Of a DNA stretch of 64,000 bases, positions 20,135 to 28,049 are shown piece by piece. Position 1 is the stretch's first letter, and every line of letters begins with the position of its first letter. The stretch is from Bdellovibrio sp. ZAP7 (GTDB lineage: Bacteria; Bdellovibrionota; FAC87; UBA2466), in contig CAMCTJ010000001.1 in the NCBI GenBank assembly GCA_945878405.1, positions 70,304-134,303 on the forward strand, read 5' to 3'. Both the position numbers and the translations under genes were made by a program. Under the pieces are notes generated by a model that saw only the letters and a program-made list of their open reading frames with translations, was not told the DNA's origin and made no database searches.

Positions 20135-20776
20135 ATGAAATTAGTCATTCTGAGTTTATTCTTCCTCTGCCTGAGTGCCTCGGTATTCGCCGCTGATCCG
20201 GAATCCTTAGTCGGTCAGAAAGCTCCTTATAAATTGGATAAAAATCCCAAGAGAACCACTTCCATGCTTAAAGATGGAACCTTCCTAGCAACAATAAAAA
20301 GCTATCACGCTAATTTAAGTTCAGGGCCCGCAATGGAAGTCGACCTGGATTATAAGTTCAACGTTCAGTTCATGGGCGAACAAACGGGAGTAGAAACTGG
20401 CTTTCTCGACTACGAATACTTTACCCCCGAATTCATGGAGAAACTTCGAAAAGACGGTAAGTACGAATCCGAGAACTTCAAAGCAATCCACCAAGGCTTT
20501 AAAAATGTAAAAACCCTTCAAGGGAAATCGTATCCGAACTGCGATGTGGTTCTTTTGTATGACATTAAAGACAGCGTCAACAATCGTCTGAAAAGTATGC
20601 TCTCCGAATTTTTAGCTACCATTGTTCAAGCGGAGACTAAGGCTGATATCCAAGACATGAAAGTTTTAGTTCACATCTATCCAAGCATCCCCGTGCTCAG
20701 CGCAGCCCTCATCGATGTTAGCGGAAAATACGATGGAATGGCTGTGAAGGCCGGGGCTGATTACCAAGCACCCTGA
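20135..20776 (+). CDS. Secreted hypothetical protein
   Basis: Signal peptide MKLVILSLFFLCLSASVFAADP. No recognisable domain. Good SD (AAAGGGGG) upstream. Confidence 0.5.
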   Translation: MKLVILSLFFLCLSASVFAADPESLVGQKAPYKLDKNPKRTTSMLKDGTFLATIKSYHANLSSGPAMEVDLDYKFNVQFMGEQTGVETGFLDYEYFTPEFMEKLRKDGKYESENFKAIHQGFKNVKTLQGKSYPNCDVVLLYDIKDSVNNRLKSMLSEFLATIVQAETKADIQDMKVLVHIYPSIPVLSAALIDVSGKYDGMAVKAGADYQAP

Positions 20777-20785
20777 ATTTGAACC

Positions 20786-20977
20786 ATGGGACACGAGCAG
20801 TTTTTCAATTGCCCCTATTGCCATGAAACGATTTCCATGGTCCTTGACACCTCCATCGAGGGCTTTCAAGAATATATCGAGGATTGTGAAGTTTGTTGTC
20901 GGCCGATTCAGATTGAATATGAATCGGATGGAAATGAAGTGATCAGTTTTGAATCTCGGGGCATTCAACAAGGATGA
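20786..20977 (+). CDS. Cysteine-rich CPXCG-family small zinc-binding protein
   Basis: 63 aa with CPYCHE...(34 aa)...DCEVCCRP. This spacing and the CC-R-P motif match the Cys_rich_CPXCG family. Stop overlaps the next start (ATGA 20974-20977). Confidence 0.55.
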   Translation: MGHEQFFNCPYCHETISMVLDTSIEGFQEYIEDCEVCCRPIQIEYESDGNEVISFESRGIQQG

Positions 20978-21618
20978 GCCCCGAACAGAAATGCCCTCTC
21001 TGTGGTGAGCTCGGCCAGTTTTCCGCGGTAACTAACCTGAAGCGAGTCTTTTTCAGGTGTCCTTCATGTGATCTTCTTTTTGTGGATCCCTCTCACCTTC
21101 TTTCACCAGAAAAAGAAAAGAAACGTTACGAGAGTCACAACAACGATATTCAGGATCCCCGCTATCAAGATTTTCTAAGACCCCTCTACGAAGTCGTTCA
21201 CCAAACATTTCCCCCGACAGCTAAGGGGTTAGACTTTGGTGCAGGTCCGGGCCCTGCACTGAGTGAAATGCTAAAGAAGCAGGGTTTCGAAATAGAGTTG
21301 TATGACCCCTTTTTTTGGCCCAATAAAAAAGTGCTGGATACCCAGTATGATTTTATTTCTGCCTCTGAAGTCGTAGAACATTTTTCAGATCCCAGCAGGG
21401 AATTCAAATTACTCAGATCGCTTCTAAAACCGGAGGGGGCTCTCTTTGTGATGACCTTACCCCACACCCCGGAAGTTGACGTGAGCCAGTGGTATTACTT
21501 AAAAGATCCGACTCATGTTTGCGCTTACTCGAAAACTACTTTTGATTGGGTCCAACGCAACTTTGGCTTCAGAAAACTCCAGTTTCAAGAACCTCGAATT
21601 GTCAGCTTTTTCACTTAG
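20974..21618 (+). CDS. Class I SAM-dependent methyltransferase with an N-terminal zinc ribbon
   Basis: N-terminus CPLCGE...(17 aa)...CPSCD (four-Cys ribbon). Then GLDFGAGPGPALSEM (motif I, GxGxG) and an acidic-residue motif II (ELYDPF). Translationally coupled to the CPXCG gene. Confidence 0.65.
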   Translation: MSPEQKCPLCGELGQFSAVTNLKRVFFRCPSCDLLFVDPSHLLSPEKEKKRYESHNNDIQDPRYQDFLRPLYEVVHQTFPPTAKGLDFGAGPGPALSEMLKKQGFEIELYDPFFWPNKKVLDTQYDFISASEVVEHFSDPSREFKLLRSLLKPEGALFVMTLPHTPEVDVSQWYYLKDPTHVCAYSKTTFDWVQRNFGFRKLQFQEPRIVSFFT

Positions 21619-21693
21619 AATTTTCACAATTCTCAAATCAAGTTTTACTTCCGAAACCCGATAACGCATGGCAGTGCCTAGTAAGGGGGAAAC

Positions 21694-22821
21694 ATGCGTC
21701 TTTTCTTGATTCTTTTGGCTCTTATTTCTTTCACGGGTTTTTCTCAAGAATGTTCTCACCTTTGGCAATCTGACTTAGCTACTGGAACTATAGGCCCTAA
21801 AGGCTATTTGGGAGACACACACGCAGCTTATGGGATCCAGGCTTTTTTAAATGATGGAACAAAATACTATGTCGTGAAAGGCCGATTTCCAAAGGCACGC
21901 TTTTTTAGTGTAGAAACCTACGAGGGAAGAAAAAATGGAGCGGGTAAATCCGTTTTTGACTCAAACATCATTCCGGATTCTGGTTCGGTGAATCCTTTCA
22001 CCGATGGCGTTGCGCTCAATGCTGAACCAAGAGATTACACTCTCTTTATTGCTCCTGAGGGTTCTCCCCAATTTGGTCCCAATCAGCTGAACTTCAACAA
22101 ACGGCAAAGATATATCTCTTTTTATATTCGCTATTATGTACCCAGCTTTGGAGCACAAGTTACCGTTGCCGATCTACCACAGGTGGAAGCGTATGATCTG
22201 AAGACACGCCAACCTACTTCTTGTTCTAAATCTTGGCCTGTCGAAAATTTTACGAACTACCCCCAATTTCTGGGTAGTCTTTCCCAAAAACCAGAAGGGG
22301 TTTTTTCTTTTGGCCAAGCAAAGTGGAACAAAGGCGCCAACTCGGCTGTGGGAAAGTACGCCGAGGGCCACAGTGAAATGCGTTTTGATGAAGTCGCTTT
22401 GATTCGATTTAAAGCGCCTTCCTTTTTCAATTCATTTTCGGGACTGGGTACTTTTAATAACTCAGCTCAAGTGCGGTACTGGTCACTTTGCGAAAAGAAT
22501 TTTCCGAATAATCAGGGATTGGTTTGCTTGGCAGATTATTTAACTCCTCCTGACAAAAATGGATATGTAACTGTGGTTACTGGGAGCGGTGAGGACATCA
22601 AAGCCGAAGCCGGTAGAAGAGGTTATTATTTCATGCCCGATATGCGCCCAAAAAATGCAGTGATGATCCTTTTTGCATTTAGAAATATTTTGCCATCTGC
22701 TGATTTCAAACAGAATGACCAATACAAGGGAGACTACAATCCTCAAATGAGAATCTGTAAGGAATCTGAGTTTCTCGAGGGAAGCTGTGAGTGGTGGTCG
22801 ACTAATCAGGCTTCAGAGTGA
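21694..22821 (+). CDS. Secreted hypothetical protein
   Basis: Signal peptide MRLFLILLALISFTGFSQE. 375 aa, no family recognised. Confidence 0.5.
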   Translation: MRLFLILLALISFTGFSQECSHLWQSDLATGTIGPKGYLGDTHAAYGIQAFLNDGTKYYVVKGRFPKARFFSVETYEGRKNGAGKSVFDSNIIPDSGSVNPFTDGVALNAEPRDYTLFIAPEGSPQFGPNQLNFNKRQRYISFYIRYYVPSFGAQVTVADLPQVEAYDLKTRQPTSCSKSWPVENFTNYPQFLGSLSQKPEGVFSFGQAKWNKGANSAVGKYAEGHSEMRFDEVALIRFKAPSFFNSFSGLGTFNNSAQVRYWSLCEKNFPNNQGLVCLADYLTPPDKNGYVTVVTGSGEDIKAEAGRRGYYFMPDMRPKNAVMILFAFRNILPSADFKQNDQYKGDYNPQMRICKESEFLEGSCEWWSTNQASE

Positions 22822-22825
22822 GAAG

Positions 22826-23533
22826 CTAGGCGGCTTTTTTTCTAGATGAAAGCAACTCAAGCTGCTCCTGGAAAAATTTTCTCATCTTACCGTTTGTCTC
22901 AAGAGCAACGCACTTTTGAAAGGCAGTTGCTGCTAACTGTGGGTTGTCTAGCTCTTTGGAAATAGCAGCTAAGCAAGCCCAAGCCCGCAAGAATTGGGGC
23001 CGGACCCGTAGACATCTTTCCAAGTAAGGTATTGCAGCTACCGAATTCTTGTCATGCCAAAACAAATGCGCTCCTAAGGTAAAGAGGGCATGAGGATTCT
23101 CAGGAGAATGTCTAAGTACCCGCTCCAGAATCTCAACTCCTTTTTGGCAGTTATCCGAAGATAATTCAAAACGGGCTTGTATGATTTCGAGATAGTCATT
23201 GATTTCTGTATTGTTGGGACTTTTCATGAGAGCCATTCCCAATAGTGCCCGAGTGCGGCCGTTGGGACCCTCGCTCTCAATCATGATTTTTGAACAAAGT
23301 AACAAGAGGGCGGGATCATCCTCGTATTTTTCAGTAGAACGCAGAACCTCTTGTATATAAGTTAAGGCCGATTCGATTTGGCCCTTACGGTAAAGTTTGA
23401 GAAGCGTGGAATAGGCAGGAGTCTGCGATTTTTCAAGACCGGCACCTGTCATAACCGATTTGCAATAGGGGCAGATTCCTAAAGAGGGGCCGCTAGTTGC
23501 CCCGCAATTGTCACAAACTGTTTGAAAACTCAT
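22826..23533 (-). CDS. Zinc-ribbon plus TPR-repeat protein
   Basis: Start set at MSFQTVCDNCG (ATG 23533-23531), which forms an ATGA overlap with the upstream SPFH gene stop; the ORF track gives 23560. N-terminus CDNCG...(9 aa)...CPYCK. The remainder is TPR-like helical repeats. Confidence 0.55.
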   Translation of the reverse strand: MSFQTVCDNCGATSGPSLGICPYCKSVMTGAGLEKSQTPAYSTLLKLYRKGQIESALTYIQEVLRSTEKYEDDPALLLLCSKIMIESEGPNGRTRALLGMALMKSPNNTEINDYLEIIQARFELSSDNCQKGVEILERVLRHSPENPHALFTLGAHLFWHDKNSVAAIPYLERCLRVRPQFLRAWACLAAISKELDNPQLAATAFQKCVALETNGKMRKFFQEQLELLSSRKKAA

Positions 23534-24504
23534 AGGAGTTCCTTTCCACATTTCGGACAAAATTTAAAATCAGAAGCATTCGAAGAACCACATTGGCACA
23601 GTTTGGTCGAACTAACCCCAGCAGGTATTTTCTCAGGTTTGGGGCGATTATCTACACCAGCAAAAAGATTTCGACCTAACATGAGCCCCATCATCATATG
23701 CATAGGATCACCCTTGGCACCACTCGAACTGCCTCCAGCATTAAGCGACTCTAAAGTAGAAGCGGCTTTGTAAAGTAAGTACTCTCGGTTATCACCAATG
23801 AGCTGCATAGCTGCGCTCGCATCCATAGCCGACAAAATTTCTTTCGAAGGAAGGACAGAGAGGAGTTGGAGATCCTCTAGCCTAATACCATAAACACCCA
23901 ATGAATCGCCCACAAGATCGCTGAGTTCTCTAGCAATCATGGGCTGTCTCGTGCTGAGTTCGGAAAGGTGGGCAACTCCTTTTAGAGCTATCGGTAGGTT
24001 TTGGATTATCGCTCCTTGAACCAATTCCTCAATATCCGTAATGCTGAAGGCCGTTCGACTTCCCATCAGTTTTAGAAAAAACCTTTTGGGATTTGATATC
24101 TGAATATTGTATTGCCCAAAAGCTCGCACCGGAATCGAGCTACCGGAGATTTCAACAACGGCCGGATGGCTGGTACCCCACCGTCTCGCAGTGAATTGGC
24201 TCGCCGAAAAAAAATAAAGTTCGGTTCTCACTGGACTTTGAAACCCAAATTTCACATTCTTTATCTTCGTTAGGATGGGAAGGTTTTCAGAAGTGAGCAA
24301 ATGGGTTCCCGGACCCAAAAAATCGGTTATTTGCCCTCGATGAACAACTAAAACTCCCTGGTTTGGTCGGACAATGACGGCCGTTCCTTGATAAAGATCT
24401 GCCAAACCTTCGAAAGGAACTCGGGCACAAAGTATGCTGCCGGAAGGATCCTGATACTCGTAGATGCCACGAAAGAAGAGACTTTGTTGAGCGACTTTAG
24501 GCAC
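23530..24504 (-). CDS. SPFH/Band-7 family protein (Band_7_1 type) with a C-terminal zinc ribbon
   Basis: VIVRPNQGVLVVHRGQITDFLGPGTHLLTSENLPILTKIKNVKFGFQSPVRTELYFF follows the Band_7_1 family core (...VFGPG.Y.L.TDNLPIL..LKGWKYGF.SPF..EVYF). Ends in ...CQCGSSNASDFKFCPKCGKEL. Confidence 0.7.
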   Translation of the reverse strand: MPKVAQQSLFFRGIYEYQDPSGSILCARVPFEGLADLYQGTAVIVRPNQGVLVVHRGQITDFLGPGTHLLTSENLPILTKIKNVKFGFQSPVRTELYFFSASQFTARRWGTSHPAVVEISGSSIPVRAFGQYNIQISNPKRFFLKLMGSRTAFSITDIEELVQGAIIQNLPIALKGVAHLSELSTRQPMIARELSDLVGDSLGVYGIRLEDLQLLSVLPSKEILSAMDASAAMQLIGDNREYLLYKAASTLESLNAGGSSSGAKGDPMHMMMGLMLGRNLFAGVDNRPKPEKIPAGVSSTKLCQCGSSNASDFKFCPKCGKELL

Positions 24505-24710
24505 AGAAACCTCCTGGAAGGCTTGTCTGTATTATTAACCCCACTTAATCCTATCAGAGTTCGTATTTCGCACCCTAAGCATCAATTGTGAAGATTTATA
24601 AGTTCATGAATCTGCAAAAAAAAGGCACTGCTTCGTACTTGTTGGACAATTGATAACGGTATTTCGGAAAACCAGATAGGCTTCTGAGCGAAATGCGGTA
24701 ATGTCAGAGG

Positions 24711-25025
24711 ATGGTGAAACTTTTGGTTCTCATCTCCTTTGTTATCCCATTGCTCACTTCCGCGGCACACGCTTGCTGTTGTAGCAAGGAAGAATCAAAG
24801 TCAGACCAGAGCTCGCACTCCTCCTGCCACGAAGTATCTTCGCAAAGCAAAGGCGATGTCGAGCAGCCAAAGACCCAGTGCCCGAAGACCTGCTGCACGC
24901 TGGTAGCTCTGGCCACTAAATATAGCTTCTCTATCACTGCATCGTCTGAGCTTCTTTCAACTTCTCTTGCTCAGATGCCTGCGAACGTCTTCTACGACTC
25001 GCAGAAGCCACCTCCTAGAGTCTAA
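24711..25025 (+). CDS. Small secreted cysteine-cluster protein (hypothetical, possible metal-binding)
   Basis: 104 aa. Signal-like N-terminus MVKLLVLISFVIPLLTSAAHA, followed by CCC...SSCHE...CPKTCC clusters. Confidence 0.4.
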   Translation: MVKLLVLISFVIPLLTSAAHACCCSKEESKSDQSSHSSCHEVSSQSKGDVEQPKTQCPKTCCTLVALATKYSFSITASSELLSTSLAQMPANVFYDSQKPPPRV

Positions 25026-25118
25026 GACCTCCGCATTTTTGCTTAATCAAGAAAGGTGGAACGACCCTCTCCAAGGGGAGTTGTGTCCTGCCCACCACAA
25101 ACATAATTGGAGAATCTG

Positions 25119-25370
25119 ATGAAACAGTTAACGGTTACAGGGCTGCTGTCTTTGATGGCGGTCACATTCATATCAATGTATTCGCCCAGCGCGCTCGCTT
25201 CCCACGAAGGGAACGAACACGCGGTAAGCGATAACCAAACAAAGGCCCCTTGCCACTGCGTGGACAAGGAAAAAGCCGGAGGTTGTGAGTCGTGTGAGTG
25301 TGAAGAAGGATGTGATTGCTGCGAAGAAGGCTGTGGCTGCGATTGCTGCAAGCCTGAATCGAAGCAGTAA
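25119..25370 (+). CDS. Small secreted Cys-rich protein with a metallothionein-like C-terminal cluster
   Basis: Start at the ATG at 25119, with GGAGAA SD 6 nt upstream; the ORF track's 25107 is a TTG. Signal peptide MKQLTVTGLLSLMAVTFISMYSPSALA. C-terminus PCHCVDKEKAGGCESCECEEGCDCCEEGCGCDCCKP has 13 Cys in about 37 aa. A terminator follows. Confidence 0.5.
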   Translation: MKQLTVTGLLSLMAVTFISMYSPSALASHEGNEHAVSDNQTKAPCHCVDKEKAGGCESCECEEGCDCCEEGCGCDCCKPESKQ

Positions 25371-25387
25371 TTGAATCCGTAGTTCCG

Positions 25388-25424
25388 GCGGCCGGTTGTT
25401 ATGCGACCGGCCGCTTTTTATTTT
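25388..25424 (+). terminator. Rho-independent terminator
   Basis: GCGGCCGGT-(9 nt)-ACCGGCCGC stem (25388-25396 / 25406-25414) followed by TTTTTATTTT, 18 nt after the stop of the Cys-rich gene. Confidence 0.7.
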
Positions 25425-25575
25425 CTGGACAGAACGATACTCAGATTTCTGAAACGGGCGGCAACAGTTATCGTTATACTCTGCTGAAAGTTTTTCTGAT
25501 TTTAATGTAAATCCGTTGGGCATCTTCTGCATTGTTTTGACGGCTGAATAAGCCTGTGAAAGAGCGGAATATCTT

Positions 25576-26532
25576 TTGCACCTCTTTATTATGCTATTTA
25601 GAAATAGATTTTTCTCGGCGTTTTGTTTGGTTTTGGCTTTAAGTCTACTGAGCGGGTGTGAGTTTGACCTGGCTGGACTGTTTCCACCCACACCTTCTGA
25701 TCCTCCAGAGGTTTGTGCTTACCTGCAAACTAGTGTTGTTACAGATATGACTGAAGGATACGCTGCTGGCAATTTGGAAATCGACGAATCATCCAGTATG
25801 AATAAGTTTCCTCGGTCTGCTGTTGTTTCATCCGGGGAATGCACTAGTCCACTTATAAGATTGGTGCTTTCAGATTTCGAGAGTTCATTTCATTTGGGAC
25901 CTGACGGCGCCACACTCTCTGATGTAATTATTTCTTTTCATCCAAACGTGATACTCAATAAGGAGTATATTTTAAATTCTTCTGAGGAGGAAAGTCCGAT
26001 TCAAGTGGAAATGCATTCGGTAGAGAGGAATTCTTGCTTGTCCATCGTGCGCGTTCACTTACTAGAAGAGGCCCGTATCAAGATCACCGCGCTACCCCAA
26101 AAGATCACGGAACCAGATGAGATGAAGCTTTCCTTTTCTCTATCCATTGATGGAAGTCATGTTCTGAAAGGTCAGTTCTCAGGAGTGGTTCCACTTCCAA
26201 GAGATAGTTATTTCTCGAATTCGGACCCGGTACAATGCGAGCGTGAATATAATGCGGTTTCGAATTATCAGTCTCAGCTAGCGACAGTAGACTTGTGTCA
26301 GAGAAATAGCGATTGCATCCTGAGCGATATTACTCGTAAGAATAGTTGTATGCCTCTTTCGGTTAACAAGAATGCCACAAGCCTCGATGCTTTACGAAGT
26401 GCCGTTGAAGAGTACGAAGAGGTGTTTCCCTCTTATTATAACCGTTGCTATTATTATGGCGTTAACAGTGTCGTCTTGCCTGCCTGCGGAAATGGCCATT
26501 GCAAATCGGGTCTATACGAAAAAGTTTACTAG
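25576..26532 (+). CDS. Cys-rich lipoprotein (hypothetical)
   Basis: Lipobox ...LALSLLSGC-EFD. 318 aa with at least 12 Cys scattered through the sequence. No family recognised. Confidence 0.5.
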   Translation: MHLFIMLFRNRFFSAFCLVLALSLLSGCEFDLAGLFPPTPSDPPEVCAYLQTSVVTDMTEGYAAGNLEIDESSSMNKFPRSAVVSSGECTSPLIRLVLSDFESSFHLGPDGATLSDVIISFHPNVILNKEYILNSSEEESPIQVEMHSVERNSCLSIVRVHLLEEARIKITALPQKITEPDEMKLSFSLSIDGSHVLKGQFSGVVPLPRDSYFSNSDPVQCEREYNAVSNYQSQLATVDLCQRNSDCILSDITRKNSCMPLSVNKNATSLDALRSAVEEYEEVFPSYYNRCYYYGVNSVVLPACGNGHCKSGLYEKVY

Positions 26533-26541
26533 ATTTTTATC

Positions 26542-26633
26542 TGGCGGAGAGGAGAGGATTCGAACCTCCGATACAGTGTTACCCGTATAACGGTTTAGCA
26601 AACCGCCGCCTTCGACCACTCGGCCACCTCTCC
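26542..26633 (-). tRNA. tRNA-Ser (anticodon GCT)
   Basis: Reverse complement folds as GGAGAGG-TG-GCCGAGTGGTCGAAGGC-G-GCGGT-TTGCTAA-ACCGT, a long variable arm, then GGAGG-TTCGAAT-CCTCT-CCTCTCC-G-CCA. Anticodon GCU. Type II (long variable arm). Confidence 0.85.
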
Positions 26634-26691
26634 ACAAGCTTGGAAAGAAACTAAACTTTTATCACCTGACTCCCGCTCATTCAAACACTTC

Positions 26692-26781
26692 TGGCGGAGA
26701 GGGGGGGATTCGAACCCCCGATACCCTTACGGGTATAACGGTTTTCAAGACCGCCGCTTTCAACCACTCAGCCACCTCTCC
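26692..26781 (-). tRNA. tRNA-Ser (anticodon TGA)
   Basis: Reverse complement gives the same acceptor, D and T arms as the neighbouring tRNA-Ser. The anticodon loop is CTTGAAA (anticodon UGA). Long variable arm. Encoded CCA. Confidence 0.85.
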
Positions 26782-26800
26782 TTGGAGTCAACAGAGCCCT

Positions 26801-28024
26801 ATGTTATATCTCCCCCTAGCGATGACGGCTATTCCAAATTTACAATTTCCTTGGGCTACTTTGCGAGTGCCATTAGAAGGGATGTCGTGCCTTGACATAC
26901 CGCGTCTATCTATCCGCACCATGGAAGAGGCAACGGCTTTCATCCAAGCTTACGGGTTTGATCCCAACCAAAAGGGAGACCTGATTCTTCTGTGGAAATT
27001 TTTTGATGATGCTGTGGATTTCCTGGAAAAATCACTGAACGATCCTGATTACCCAAAAGTTCCCGATCATTTACGCAGTCGCGAATCCATTCAAGATATC
27101 CGGCGGCTCCTCATTCTGGCATCGGGGGAACTGGGAACTCTGGAACAGACTTTTAGCTGCGCGATTTTGAGGATCATGCACGGTTTGATTCACTTATCGT
27201 TTGATCCTCGCCACAAATTTTTTCATCAAATGCAGATTCAAGTGTTATCCCGATTGGATCGGTATCTCCATGTCGATGCAGAATCCGGAGCAACCTACTT
27301 AGGTAAGGGCATCGAGGGCGAGGAGGGCATTAAGCTTCTCTTTTTCAAAAAGAAAGAAAGAAAAGATCGCTCGAGAGAAATGATTAAATTGCTTCACAAA
27401 GCAGATAGCGTTGTCGAAGAAATTTATGATCGAGTTGGGATTCGCCTGGTCACAGAAACAAAGCTGGATGCTCTTCAAGCAGTTAACTTTCTGATTGAGA
27501 AAAATATCGTGAGCATGCCCAATATTCGCCCAGCGCGCTCGAGAAATCGCCTCATTGATATCAAACGACTGAAATTTGAAATTGATAGAATTGCGACCCA
27601 TTTAAAAAAACAAGCTGAAACGCAGCCTTATGTAAAAAAGATGTTCAATCGTTTGGAAAGTCGAATTGGAACGCGACAACCCGGACGTAGCATTTTTAAC
27701 CCTCATAGCAGTGAGCACTATCGTGCGATTCAATTTACTTGTAGGGAGCTAGTGAGAGTTCAAAATCCCCTTCACCAAGCCTATACGGCAATTCAATCTC
27801 ATATCGAAAGCATTCCCGAGGGATCTCACCTGATCCAAGAGCTTTTTCCGGTCCCGCCAGCCACGCATGAGTTTGGATTTTTCCCTTACGAAGTACAAGT
27901 GATGGACGTGAAAGCCTATGCAGACAGCATTTTTGGAAAGAGCAATCACGACGAATACCGAAAGAAGCAACTTGACGCAGCAAGAAAACGTGTTTTTGGC
28001 CGAGAGCTCAACCCGCAAGACTGA
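26801..28024 (+). CDS. Hypothetical protein with weak RelA/SpoT-like nucleotidyltransferase motifs
   Basis: 407 aa. YDRVGIRLVTE resembles the D..G.R(I/V)(I/V) synthetase-domain motif. FPYEVQVMD...HDEYRKKQ resembles the E(I/V)Q(I/V)RT...HW.YK segment. The spacing between the two is longer than in canonical RelA. No other domain recognised. Confidence 0.45.
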   Translation: MLYLPLAMTAIPNLQFPWATLRVPLEGMSCLDIPRLSIRTMEEATAFIQAYGFDPNQKGDLILLWKFFDDAVDFLEKSLNDPDYPKVPDHLRSRESIQDIRRLLILASGELGTLEQTFSCAILRIMHGLIHLSFDPRHKFFHQMQIQVLSRLDRYLHVDAESGATYLGKGIEGEEGIKLLFFKKKERKDRSREMIKLLHKADSVVEEIYDRVGIRLVTETKLDALQAVNFLIEKNIVSMPNIRPARSRNRLIDIKRLKFEIDRIATHLKKQAETQPYVKKMFNRLESRIGTRQPGRSIFNPHSSEHYRAIQFTCRELVRVQNPLHQAYTAIQSHIESIPEGSHLIQELFPVPPATHEFGFFPYEVQVMDVKAYADSIFGKSNHDEYRKKQLDAARKRVFGRELNPQD

Positions 28025-28049
28025 TTACGCCGTGATATAATAATTACCT

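Noticed and set aside
26372-26590. 72-aa plus-strand ORF
   Set aside because: It overlaps the 3' end of the lipoprotein gene and runs through the tRNA-Ser(GCT) gene on the opposite strand. Judged a spurious ORF.
18417-26781. Prophage or integrative element between the tRNAs
   Set aside because: No integrase, recombinase, transposase, phage structural or replication gene was found, and no att-like repeat was recognised. Kept only as a possible variable region (see findings).
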